Assembly: GCA_964565085.1 (NCBI GenBank) | Contig: CAZMCS010000002.1 | Location: forward strand, 1-42,949 | Reading direction: 5' to 3' | Source: an uncultured Muribaculaceae bacterium | GTDB taxonomy: Bacteria; Bacillota_I; Bacilli_A; RF39; UBA660 | Length of the DNA: 42,949 bases | Shown here: positions 1 to 8,016 of the stretch, in pieces | How the letters are laid out: every line of letters begins with the position of its first letter | Numbering within the stretch: position 1 is the first letter of the stretch | The notes under the pieces: generated by a model | What the model was told of the DNA's origin: nothing | What the model saw: only the letters and a program-made list of their open reading frames with translations | Database searches by the model: none | Made by a program: the position numbers and the translations under genes

Positions 1-645
1 TCTATGTTCAAAAGTGAACAATGCATGGCCAAAGAAACAGGTACTGGACTAGTAGGAACTAGCAACGTAATGTTAGCTAAAGAACTAGATCTTAAACCGA
101 TAGGTACAATGGCACACGAGTGGCTACAAGCACATCAATCACTATACAGAGTTATTGATAGTCAGTTTATGGCATTAGAAAACTGGGCTAAAGAATATAG
201 AGGTGATCTAGGCATAGCCTTATCGGATGTAATAGGGCTAAAGTATTTCTTACGTGATTTTGATATGTACTTTTCAAAACTATTCGATGGTACCAGGCAA
301 GATTCTGGCGATCCATATGAGTATGGAAAAGAACTGATCAAACATTATAAATCTATGGGAATAGACCCATTGACTAAAACCGTTGTATTCAGCGATGGCC
401 TTACAATTGATAAAGCTATAGATTTAGCTAAAACATTCAACAAAAAAATAAAAACTTCATATGGCATAGGAACACATCTAACAAATGATTTCCAGTTTAA
501 GCCTATTCAAATAGTAATCAAAATGGTAAGATGCAACAACCAGCCAGTTGCAAAACTAAGTGATACTCCCGGAAAAGGTATATGCATTAATAAAGACTAT
601 GTGGATTATGTAAGAAAAGTATTTGATAATATATTGAACATTTAA
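1..645 (+). CDS. pncB: nicotinate phosphoribosyltransferase, C-terminal part (5' end lies outside the window)
   Basis: The frame is open from base 1. The blocks GTMAHEW, TRQDSGDP, FSDGL and YGIGTHLTND match the PncB/NAPRTase core. Stop codon TAA at 643-645. Confidence 0.85.
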   Translation, partial: SMFKSEQCMAKETGTGLVGTSNVMLAKELDLKPIGTMAHEWLQAHQSLYRVIDSQFMALENWAKEYRGDLGIALSDVIGLKYFLRDFDMYFSKLFDGTRQDSGDPYEYGKELIKHYKSMGIDPLTKTVVFSDGLTIDKAIDLAKTFNKKIKTSYGIGTHLTNDFQFKPIQIVIKMVRCNNQPVAKLSDTPGKGICINKDYVDYVRKVFDNILNI

Positions 646-680
646 ACTAATAAAAAATAATAGTAGTTGTGTATATAACA

Positions 681-827
681 GGCGGGCCGAAAGGGTGTTA
701 TGGGCCACGGTAGATACAAGGTGATTTAACCACTACTAAGCAGAATATACGCCCGACCAAATATCAGATATCCTCTGAGGCGTACTGCTGAAACTGGTTG
801 ATGAAGTGTGATAATGCTACCCCCGCC
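681..827 (+). ncRNA. candidate structured RNA of unknown class, a GC-rich island in an AT-rich spacer
   Basis: Closing helix GGCGGG (681-686) / CCCGCC (822-827). Nested hairpins: GGTAG(709-713)/CTACT(733-737) with inner GGT/ACC; GCAG..TACGCC (740-753) / GGCGTA-CTGC (779-788) with inner TCAGA(764-768)/TCTGA(774-778). No ORF covers it. Confidence 0.3.
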
Positions 828-937
828 TACTACTAATAAATAAATCATGTGATTGGTATATATAAATACTATTATAATTATTACTTTAGACTTTTCTTAG
901 TTGATCAATTTATTTGTATATAAGGAATTATAATGTT

Positions 938-1681
938 ATGGCAGAACCAAAGAAAAAAACAAACGAAGAGGAATCACAAAACCCATCCCAACCACACGAG
1001 TTAGCTGGTTTGTTGGACACTTCATACCCACTCTTACAAGAATTCAGAGATAGTTGTCCTGGTTCATATAAACATTCTCAAACCGTAGCTGGAATGGTAG
1101 AAGGAATATGCACAAGATTAGAAATGGATGTTACTTACATGAAAGTAGCTGCTTTCTACCATGATATAGGTAAAATGTGGAATCCCAAGTATTTTACCGA
1201 AAATCAGTTAGAAAATGAAGACCCACATGCAGATTTGGATCCATGGATAAGTTACCAATTAATAACTAGACACATATCTGATGGTGTAAATATATTGTTA
1301 AATAACAATGATTTTCCAAGAGATCTAATACAAGTTATATCACAGCATCATGGAATCAGTATAGTGAAGTATTTTGCTTCCAAAGCGAAGTCTGATAATG
1401 TAGACCAGTTTAGGTACAAGTGTACGAAACCTAGATCCGTAGAAGCAGCAGTATTAATGATAGTAGATCATGTAGAAGCTACTTCTAGATCCCTTTATCA
1501 GTATAACAAATTAGATCCGACTAAAGTTATAGATGATACTATTACTGATCTGTTGGACGATGGACAACTTGATGATGTAGTTATACAACTAGGTGCTTTA
1601 AAAAAAATAAAAGAAGCTCTAGCTAAAGAATTAGAAGGTATGTATCAAAAACGTGTTGACTACGACAACGCTGGTAAGTAA
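938..1681 (+). CDS. soluble PgpH/YqfF-type HD-domain phosphohydrolase (no 7TM module)
   Basis: PGSYKHS..VAGMVE, AAFYHDIGK..PKYFTENQ, ISDG, SQHHG..VKYF.SKAK, FRY..TKP and VDHVEATSRS follow the PgpH HD-domain pattern. The in-frame ATG at 938 follows AAGGA; the ORF track's TTG at 914 is less likely. Confidence 0.8.
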   Translation: MAEPKKKTNEEESQNPSQPHELAGLLDTSYPLLQEFRDSCPGSYKHSQTVAGMVEGICTRLEMDVTYMKVAAFYHDIGKMWNPKYFTENQLENEDPHADLDPWISYQLITRHISDGVNILLNNNDFPRDLIQVISQHHGISIVKYFASKAKSDNVDQFRYKCTKPRSVEAAVLMIVDHVEATSRSLYQYNKLDPTKVIDDTITDLLDDGQLDDVVIQLGALKKIKEALAKELEGMYQKRVDYDNAGK

Positions 1682-1799
1682 GAGTACAAAAAGTAAATAG
1701 GATGTACTGTTAATAACTGATGTTTGAGTTGTCTAGTATTTAGACGTAGGCGTACCAATGTAGTAATCCTATCAGTACATTAACGGACTGACCATTTAG

Positions 1800-2069
1800 A
1801 AAAAGCAAGATAGAAAAATCAAAGCATCTATATATATAGCTATTTATCCATCAGATGATGGAGAGAATATAGTCCTGGTCAACAAAGATCCAAATAAGTT
1901 ACTGTACGATATAAATTCCTGCTTGTAAGACGACTACGAGTTTAGCGAAGAAGACATCAAATATTTTGTTGAAAATATGACAGTTTACAAAATACCTCTT
2001 GATTGTCAAAAATTTACTATAGAAACAACTATTACGAGGAAATTCTCGATGTACCTCGTTGAAGTATGA
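1800..2069 (+). pseudogene. decayed tandem paralogue of the gene at 2323-2625
   Basis: My translation (..IYIAIYPSDDGENIVLVNKDPNKLLYDINSCL*DDYEFSEEDIKYFVENMTVYKIPLDCQKFTIETTI..) aligns along its length with YIAVVPHPGGEENNVVFVSDDPSDLLGKVDNC...YDDGEYENFVENIVVYEIPSSCQRFVIEPSV. It has an in-frame TAA at 1926-1928 and no ATG or GTG at its 5' end. Confidence 0.6.
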
Positions 2070-2174
2070 CTTACTAAAATGGTCAAAGAAATATATTTAC
2101 CCATACAATGATAGCGAGCACTTGGATCAACGAGAAAATAATAAGAGAGGAATTAAACCAACGTCTGATGGTGT

Positions 2175-2255
2175 TAACCGGACTGCCGAATATGGACATT
2201 TACACTGCCTCAACAGGTGTGTTGAGATAGGAGTCCTACTAGCACGTCAGTAGAC
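2175..2255 (+). ncRNA. structured leader with a group-I-intron-core-like P7/P8/J8-7/P9 arrangement (class unproven)
   Basis: GGACT (2180-2184) pairs with AGTCC (2232-2236). Hairpin CTCAAC(2209-2214)/GTTGAG(2221-2226) is followed directly by ATAGG-AGTCC. A second hairpin CTACT(2236-2240)/AGTAG(2249-2253) follows. The region is GC-richer than its surroundings, and the track ORF at 2059-2253 lacks an SD. Confidence 0.3.
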
Positions 2256-2322
2256 TAGCTAGAACACTACAGTATTATAAACAAAAAGTATAAAAGAACA
2301 ATAACTTAAAAAGGAGAAGATC

Positions 2323-2625
2323 ATGGGTAAGATTGGAAGAAGTGATGCAAACAGTAAAAGGGAGACGTTAAAGTATACATACATAGCTGTTGTACCACAC
2401 CCAGGAGGGGAAGAAAATAATGTAGTTTTTGTTAGCGACGACCCAAGCGATTTATTGGGTAAAGTAGACAACTGCGTGCGGGGCAGACATGGTTATGACG
2501 ACGGCGAGTATGAGAATTTCGTAGAAAACATAGTAGTTTACGAGATACCCTCTTCCTGCCAAAGGTTTGTGATTGAACCAAGCGTTATAAAAGAGATATT
2601 GCTAGAACTTAAGCCATATATGTAA
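2323..2625 (+). CDS. hypothetical protein (intact copy of the 1800-2069 pseudogene)
   Basis: AAAGGAGAAG SD lies 5 nt upstream of the ATG. 100-aa ORF with an upstream paralogue. Confidence 0.65.
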   Translation: MGKIGRSDANSKRETLKYTYIAVVPHPGGEENNVVFVSDDPSDLLGKVDNCVRGRHGYDDGEYENFVENIVVYEIPSSCQRFVIEPSVIKEILLELKPYM

Positions 2626-2656
2626 AAAGCGGCAAAACTACGGAGGATAACAAAAA

Positions 2657-2851
2657 ATGAATAGATGGTGGGGATATATACATGTCAATGGACAGAAGTT
2701 TGTAAAACGATACTTTTGTCAAGAGGATATGAAAGAAGCCAACGAAAGTCCGTTCGTAAAAGCAGTATATGGTCCATGGGAATGTCTTAACAAAGAAGAG
2801 GCTATGTTATTCCTTAATCAAGTAGAAATATGCGTAAATAACAATGACTAG
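2657..2851 (+). CDS. hypothetical small protein
   Basis: A GGAGG SD precedes the ATG. The ORF fits the co-directional array. Confidence 0.5.
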   Translation: MNRWWGYIHVNGQKFVKRYFCQEDMKEANESPFVKAVYGPWECLNKEEAMLFLNQVEICVNNND

Positions 2852-2863
2852 GAAAATATTATA

Positions 2864-3835
2864 ATGGACAATTTAAATATTATAGTTAAAATGAAGTTCG
2901 GAAGTAAACTGTACGGCACAGACACCCCTGAATCTGATACGGATTATAAAGGAGTGTTTCTTCCCACAGCCAAAGAGGTATTACTGAACAGGATTCCTAA
3001 AAGCTACAACTATATGACTAAGCAAAACAAAAAAGATAAAAATTCCTCAGAAGATATGGACATTGAGTTTTACTCTCTTCATCATTTCATTAAACTGGCT
3101 TGTGAAGGACAAACAGTCGCTATGGACATGATTCATGCGCCTGATCACATGATTGAAGAAAAAACCGATATATGGGATTTAATAGTCAATAACCGAAAAA
3201 AACTCTATACTAAAAAGATGAAAGCCTTTGTCGGATATGCAAAACGACAAATGGAAAAACACGGTGTTTCTTCTGATAGATTAGGAAATTTAAACAAGAT
3301 TATTAAACAGTTAATTATGTTTAGAGACAGTAAAAAGTGTCATGAAACAAAATTAAAAGATATTTGGGACGATCTTCCTGATCTAGAGTTTACTAGAAGA
3401 CTTTATGATGAAAAAAGTAAATTACGAATGTATAAAGTAATTGATAGGAAATTCCAAGAAACTATTTCTATTGATTACATGTTAGACTGCCTTATAAAAA
3501 CTGAATCAACATATGGAAACCGTATTCGCAAAGCTGAAGAAAATCAAGTAGATTTTAAAGCTCTGTCTCATGCGTTGCGTACTGCTTATCAAATGAGAGA
3601 ACTTTTAATCGATAATACTATTACTTTTCCATTAAAAAATGCGAGCTTTATAAAAGAAGTTAAACAAGGTAAACACGACTATTTAACTGTAGTTGCTCCA
3701 GTACTAGAAAATCTATTCAGCGAAGTGGAAGAGTTGATTATAGACAGTGATTTGCCTGAAAGTGTTGATGCGGAATATTGGGACGGGTTACTGATGTTTA
3801 TCATAGGTGACAACGTTCTTAATATGTATACCTAA
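2864..3835 (+). CDS. RlaP-like (RNA-repair-associated) Pol-beta-fold nucleotidyltransferase
   Basis: The N-terminal motif KFGSKLYGTDTPESDTDYKGVF is the GS-x-YG...SD-x-D signature of the RlaP / predicted nucleotidyltransferase family. The length (~320 aa) is typical. Confidence 0.65.
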   Translation: MDNLNIIVKMKFGSKLYGTDTPESDTDYKGVFLPTAKEVLLNRIPKSYNYMTKQNKKDKNSSEDMDIEFYSLHHFIKLACEGQTVAMDMIHAPDHMIEEKTDIWDLIVNNRKKLYTKKMKAFVGYAKRQMEKHGVSSDRLGNLNKIIKQLIMFRDSKKCHETKLKDIWDDLPDLEFTRRLYDEKSKLRMYKVIDRKFQETISIDYMLDCLIKTESTYGNRIRKAEENQVDFKALSHALRTAYQMRELLIDNTITFPLKNASFIKEVKQGKHDYLTVVAPVLENLFSEVEELIIDSDLPESVDAEYWDGLLMFIIGDNVLNMYT

Positions 3836-3922
3836 TAGTTGAAAATAAATGCAGATAATACCTATTATAAAAACTTTATAGTATCATCTAGTTTTAGTTC
3901 TTTTGTTGAAAGGGATATACAC

Positions 3923-4123
3923 ATGCCTCTATATGAATTTAAATGTCCTAAATGTGGTAAGATAGTAGAACGTTTACAGAAGTACAGTGATCCAGCTCCG
4001 GTGTGTTGTACTGCAATGACAAGGCTTACCTCTTTAAGTAGTTTCCACCTTAAAGGTTCTGGTTGGTACAGTACCGACTACAAGAAGAATAAGGAGTCAA
4101 AACAAAATGAGCCTAGTAAATAA
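3923..4123 (+). CDS. FmdB-family CxxC-CxxC zinc-ribbon protein
   Basis: MPLYEFKCPKCG...PAPVCC is the canonical FmdB-type N-terminus. The ATG at 3923 follows AAAGGGA. The track's TTG start at 3839 is unlikely. Confidence 0.65.
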   Translation: MPLYEFKCPKCGKIVERLQKYSDPAPVCCTAMTRLTSLSSFHLKGSGWYSTDYKKNKESKQNEPSK

Positions 4124-4310
4124 CATAAAAACAGGTAATCTTGTACACAATATGACTACGTGTAAAACATGTAATAAAATAGTGCAAATGGAACATACTT
4201 GCTATACTTGTATAAGAGCAGAAGAATTCGATACCTACATTTTCTATTGCCCATATTGTAAGAAGGTACTACTAGTTGAGTTTGACCACAAGAACGATAA
4301 TGTATTGTAA
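4107..4310 (+). CDS. small zinc-ribbon-like protein
   Basis: AAGGAG SD. Cys pairs CKTC / CYTC / CPYC. Confidence 0.45.
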   Translation: MSLVNNIKTGNLVHNMTTCKTCNKIVQMEHTCYTCIRAEEFDTYIFYCPYCKKVLLVEFDHKNDNVL

Positions 4311-4322
4311 ACAGTAGAAAGA

Positions 4323-4580
4323 ATGGAGTGTTTAAATAAAATGTTACATGTAACAATTGCCAATAATACTAATGGCGGTCAAATACCAAAACGTTGTGTG
4401 CAGTTTTATTGCCCTGGATGCAATACATTAATAGAGTTTACTGATGTCTGTAGTCTAAAATGCAAGAAATGTAACAACACTCTACCATCAGTAGATTTTT
4501 TATTGAAAGAACTTGATAACGTTGGTCATTGGCACAACCAAAAATGTGCTACTTTATACTATCATAATTCAAACAAATGA
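4323..4580 (+). CDS. small zinc-ribbon-like protein
   Basis: Cys pairs CPGC and CKKC. Co-directional, with a weak SD. Confidence 0.4.
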   Translation: MECLNKMLHVTIANNTNGGQIPKRCVQFYCPGCNTLIEFTDVCSLKCKKCNNTLPSVDFLLKELDNVGHWHNQKCATLYYHNSNK

Positions 4581-4596
4581 CAGTTGGCTGCATTTT

Positions 4597-4608
4597 AAAT
4601 GTACATTT
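4597..4608. repeat. perfect 12-bp palindrome AAATGTACATTT in an intergenic spacer
   Basis: Read directly. It sits between the stop at 4580 and the SD of the 4664 gene. Confidence 0.5.
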
Positions 4609-4663
4609 AGTACTGTGCCTAAATAACGGTTATTGATAATGTTTTTATAAAGGAGCAACATAA

Positions 4664-4867
4664 ATGACGAAAAAATTTTACAAAAAAGTGCTTCTGCCTG
4701 TAACAGTATCAGCCGGAGACTATTGTTTTGGTAATGGATATTGTTGTGAATTTTTTGATAACGAAGATGGATACCCTGTATGCGCTTTAAATGTAGGAGA
4801 GTTAAACTACGACAAAGAAGATAATGTACCTAAACCTAGTGTATGTATAAATCTTCAGGAGGTATGA
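4664..4867 (+). CDS. hypothetical small Cys-containing protein
   Basis: AAAGGAG SD. 67-aa ORF. Confidence 0.45.
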   Translation: MTKKFYKKVLLPVTVSAGDYCFGNGYCCEFFDNEDGYPVCALNVGELNYDKEDNVPKPSVCINLQEV

Positions 4868-4871
4868 TATT

Positions 4872-5429
4872 TTGACAATTTGGTTTACATCTGACGAGCA
4901 TTATAAACACAAATCAATAATAAAACACTGCCCAGGTAGATTCGAGGAGTTCGGTAGCATTGACAAAATGGAAGGTGGTTTTATCAGTAGACATAATGAG
5001 GTAGTTAAGCCTGATGATGTTGTGTGGCATATAGGAGACTTTTGTTGGCTAAGAGCTGATAACAGGAATTATTACGAAGTTTTAATGAGTAAATTAAACG
5101 GTGAACACCATTTGGTTCTGGGAAATCATGATTACTGTAATCCGTTTTACTATGTAGATATAGGATTTACCACAGTGCATACTGCTCAACAACTTACTAT
5201 AAACAAACACAATATAATGATGTCTCATGACCCCTGTGTGTATACTAAATCATATAATGATTCGTATATACTACTATGTGGGCATGTACACACACTATTT
5301 AAATTTATTCCTGATAAAAGAGTAGTCAATGTAGGTGTTGATGTATGGAAGTACTACCCAATCTCACTAGAAACCATCATAGATACATTAGAACAAAATG
5401 CTAAAAGAAAGGAAAAACTGGACACATAG
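4872..5429 (+). CDS. calcineurin-like metallophosphoesterase
   Basis: The motifs SDEHYKH, GDF, GNHD and GHVH occur in the canonical order. A TTG start lies about 10 nt after AGGAGG. Confidence 0.75.
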   Translation: MTIWFTSDEHYKHKSIIKHCPGRFEEFGSIDKMEGGFISRHNEVVKPDDVVWHIGDFCWLRADNRNYYEVLMSKLNGEHHLVLGNHDYCNPFYYVDIGFTTVHTAQQLTINKHNIMMSHDPCVYTKSYNDSYILLCGHVHTLFKFIPDKRVVNVGVDVWKYYPISLETIIDTLEQNAKRKEKLDT

Positions 5430-5533
5430 GAATCGGCTACAGGAGCCAGGACCTTCACTGACCCGACATTAGGGAAGGGATAGGAGTAGGGGGTTTTGTT
5501 AACCACAAATCAAAACAACAAGGAGAATTAAAA

Positions 5534-6193
5534 ATGTCAACTCAAGCTGAAAGACGTAATACTTACGTAAAGGACGGAATAGAATATGCAAAACCAAACC
5601 GTAAGACCAAATACGAAAAATACGGGCATCCGAAGCCAAACATTGCCGGTGCTGTCGATGTTGACAGGGTAAAAAAAATATCGGAAAATCTTGATGACTT
5701 TATAATCAAATATATCCGTGATTATAAAGTAGAAAAAGTATTAAACGAATCTGGCCATGTAATAGGCAACAAAGTAGTACGACAAGCTCCCTATGCAGCT
5801 CTTGTAGCATTCAAAGACAACGATTCGTTGCTAATAGGGTGGTCAAAAAGACATTCTGGTAAAGCTTATCAGACAGATATAAAAATTATACCGGAAAAGA
5901 TGTTCAACGCAAACAGTCTAGCATCAGACTTGACTAAATCTATTAAACGAGTTGATGTAGAACCACTACCGTTCACAAAAAAAGACGCTGTATCAGTAGC
6001 CATAAACAGGGCTTATGGAGATAAAATAATATTTACTGGTGGTAAAAATACCGTAATAAGGACAAGCAGTGGCAATTTTGTGCCAAAATGTATCGAACGT
6101 GCATTGCCGTCATTCATAAGAAGAGCGGAAACATACTTCAAAACCACTGCCAAGAACGTAGAAACAAAAGGAGCTAATAGTAATGAAAAATAG
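5534..6193 (+). CDS. hypothetical protein
   Basis: AAGGAGA SD. 219-aa ORF with no motif I recognise. Confidence 0.6.
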   Translation: MSTQAERRNTYVKDGIEYAKPNRKTKYEKYGHPKPNIAGAVDVDRVKKISENLDDFIIKYIRDYKVEKVLNESGHVIGNKVVRQAPYAALVAFKDNDSLLIGWSKRHSGKAYQTDIKIIPEKMFNANSLASDLTKSIKRVDVEPLPFTKKDAVSVAINRAYGDKIIFTGGKNTVIRTSSGNFVPKCIERALPSFIRRAETYFKTTAKNVETKGANSNEK

Positions 6194-6401
6194 ACCAATA
6201 GATCTGCCGAGTGATCCTAATTTAACAGCCAAGGATATTGCTGAAGAGTTAGCTAATGCTATATTAAACACCATATTCAATGATTCAGAAGGTAACACAG
6301 TATATTCTACATCTGCTACTGTTGCGAGTGGAACAACCACAATATTTACAGAAATGACAGACGATGGAAGATTCACTATAGAAGTAAAACCAGTGAATTA
6401 G
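6183..6401 (+). CDS. hypothetical small protein
   Basis: The start overlaps the upstream stop. GGAG lies upstream. Confidence 0.4.
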   Translation: MKNRPIDLPSDPNLTAKDIAEELANAILNTIFNDSEGNTVYSTSATVASGTTTIFTEMTDDGRFTIEVKPVN

Positions 6402-6420
6402 AAAATTTTGAGTTATACAC

Positions 6421-7122
6421 ATGAAAAAAATAATCATAGCAGGAGATATACACGGAGAATGGGCTTACCTTAATGCCATGATAAACAGGCAGAACCCAAA
6501 TATTATACTACAGTGTGGTGATTACGGTTATTGGAGAAAATGGCACAATACTACGTTTGGAGTAGATTTGTATTCTGGTAAAAAATTAAAACCATGGAAC
6601 CAGTATGGAGTAAAAAATAGAGATTGTTTAATCTACTGGTGTGATGGAAATCACGAAGATCATTGGGCCGTAAAAAAAGACCTAGTAGAGACCGGTAACT
6701 TAGAGATGCAACCCGGAATTTTTTATCAGCCAAGAGGTTCTACTATAACTCTTCCAGACAGTAGAACAGTTATGTTCATAGGTGGTGCGGAATCAATAGA
6801 CAAAAAAGAAAGAATCTGTGGCGTGGATTGGTTCCCAGACGAGATAATAAGCTACTCTGATATAGAAACACTCCCAGACTGTAAAGTAGATATAATTGTA
6901 TCACATACAGCACCACGAGAATTTTACGAAAACATCTTTCATAAAGAACACAATAACGACACATCGATGGATGCCTTGTCGCTTGTGTTACAGAAATATA
7001 AGCCAGCATTATGGTATTTTGGTCATTTTCACACATTTGCAACTGGTAAATATGAAAGTACTAGATGGTGGTGCTTGAACAAAGCACCTGACTCTAATTG
7101 GTGGATCAATATATCAAACTAA
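6421..7122 (+). CDS. calcineurin-like metallophosphoesterase
   Basis: GDIHG, GDYG, GNHED and GHFH motifs. Confidence 0.75.
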   Translation: MKKIIIAGDIHGEWAYLNAMINRQNPNIILQCGDYGYWRKWHNTTFGVDLYSGKKLKPWNQYGVKNRDCLIYWCDGNHEDHWAVKKDLVETGNLEMQPGIFYQPRGSTITLPDSRTVMFIGGAESIDKKERICGVDWFPDEIISYSDIETLPDCKVDIIVSHTAPREFYENIFHKEHNNDTSMDALSLVLQKYKPALWYFGHFHTFATGKYESTRWWCLNKAPDSNWWINISN

Positions 7123-7128
7123 AATAAT

Positions 7129-7157
7129 TTGAAACAATTGATATTACCAGTTAGTAT
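7129..7157 (+). promoter_or_regulatory. sigma-70-like promoter candidate TTGAAA-N17-TAGTAT
   Basis: The hexamers and the 17-nt spacer were read directly. The -10 region TAGTATAT(AT)TAATA recurs at 8865-8877. Confidence 0.35.
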
Positions 7158-7218
7158 ATATTAATAATCATATCTACATCAAAATAATCAATATTATCGA
7201 TTAAAGAAAGGCCACTAA

Positions 7219-8013
7219 ATGACTATAAAATATAAACTAACCAATGTCAGTACACATACATATTATTCAAATGGTAGATGTTTTAATTTTGCATTTTGTT
7301 CAAAACCATCAGCATCTGGGACGGTACAACTACGCAGCCCTTTTGTTGCATGTAGAGAAACTTTCATACATTCTATGATTTATAGAATGAGATCAAGAAT
7401 CCCTAATCCTTACACAATCGACCCGGAAGTGAAAAAAATACCAATAAGTCAAGTCAGATTTGTAGTAGGTTTCTTTTACGACAGTACAACTAGTAAAAAA
7501 AATAATTCAAGTAAATTCGAATTAGCAGTGAAAAGAGGAATACGCATCATTAATCTCTTTGAGCGACGTCATAAATGGGAACTTACAAAACTATTTAAAG
7601 TGGAAGAAACAAAACCGAATGACACATCTCAATTCTATATGATAGTAGGTAACAAAAAATGGATTAGAAGTACACATATGCTGTCTTTATACACGTTAAT
7701 GCTTAGGCTTGGCAACTACATTGATGAAGTTAAAACATGCAAAAACATAATTGATGCTTTGAACAAACATATTGAGTGCCTTAACAATACTGTAGCTCAT
7801 GCGCGCGCCACATACAAATACTGGGATATGATTATGTCAAACTTTGATAATATTTTCAGTGGATTAACTACGAAACAAATATATGATATAAATGTTCTGG
7901 CATCACAATCACAAGAAGGTATTTTTAAATTGTGTCGTGGGTATTCGCATCATAATATAATAGCAGAAAGATTTAATAACGTCAAGGAAAATTATTTTAA
8001 TAAGGACAAATAA
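7219..8013 (+). CDS. hypothetical protein, member 1 of a three-copy paralogue family
   Basis: It shares FAFCSKPS, CRE and KKWIRSTHMLSLYTLMLRLG, YWDMIMSNFDNIF and EGIFKLC with 8017-8793, and more distantly with 11518-12351. Confidence 0.7.
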   Translation: MTIKYKLTNVSTHTYYSNGRCFNFAFCSKPSASGTVQLRSPFVACRETFIHSMIYRMRSRIPNPYTIDPEVKKIPISQVRFVVGFFYDSTTSKKNNSSKFELAVKRGIRIINLFERRHKWELTKLFKVEETKPNDTSQFYMIVGNKKWIRSTHMLSLYTLMLRLGNYIDEVKTCKNIIDALNKHIECLNNTVAHARATYKYWDMIMSNFDNIFSGLTTKQIYDINVLASQSQEGIFKLCRGYSHHNIIAERFNNVKENYFNKDK

Positions 8014-8016
8014 TAA

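Noticed and set aside
789-806. GAAAC ... TTGATGAAG looked like hammerhead ribozyme core elements
   Set aside because: Only 5 nt separate the two boxes, which is too few for the required stems. The CUGAUGA box is imperfect (UUGAUGA).
681-827. Possible c-di-AMP (ydaO-type) riboswitch, given the downstream PgpH-like gene
   Set aside because: The conserved GGGGA.CCA / CCCGAACCCG-type blocks I remember for that class are not present. The idea is kept only as an unclassified RNA candidate.
1861-1880. GAATATAGTCCTGG resembles the group I intron J8/7-P7 consensus
   Set aside because: It lies inside the pseudogene and translates to ..GENIVLV.., which aligns with ..EENNVVFV.. of the intact paralogue. 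The resemblance is explained by coding homology.
1926-1928. In-frame TAA as evidence for stop-codon reassignment, as in some gut phages
   Set aside because: TAA, TAG and TGA all terminate long motif-complete ORFs throughout the window, and no other gene needs read-through. A pseudogene is the simpler explanation.
2059-2253. 64-aa plus-strand track ORF (TTG start)
   Set aside because: It has no SD and an atypically GC-rich composition. It is fully covered by the helices of the structured leader and is more likely non-coding.
5489-5515. G-rich tract GGGAAGGGATAGGAGTAGGGGG as a G-quadruplex
   Set aside because: Only three G-runs of three or more are present; the fourth is GG. That is insufficient for a confident G4 call, though it is noted as locally unusual composition.
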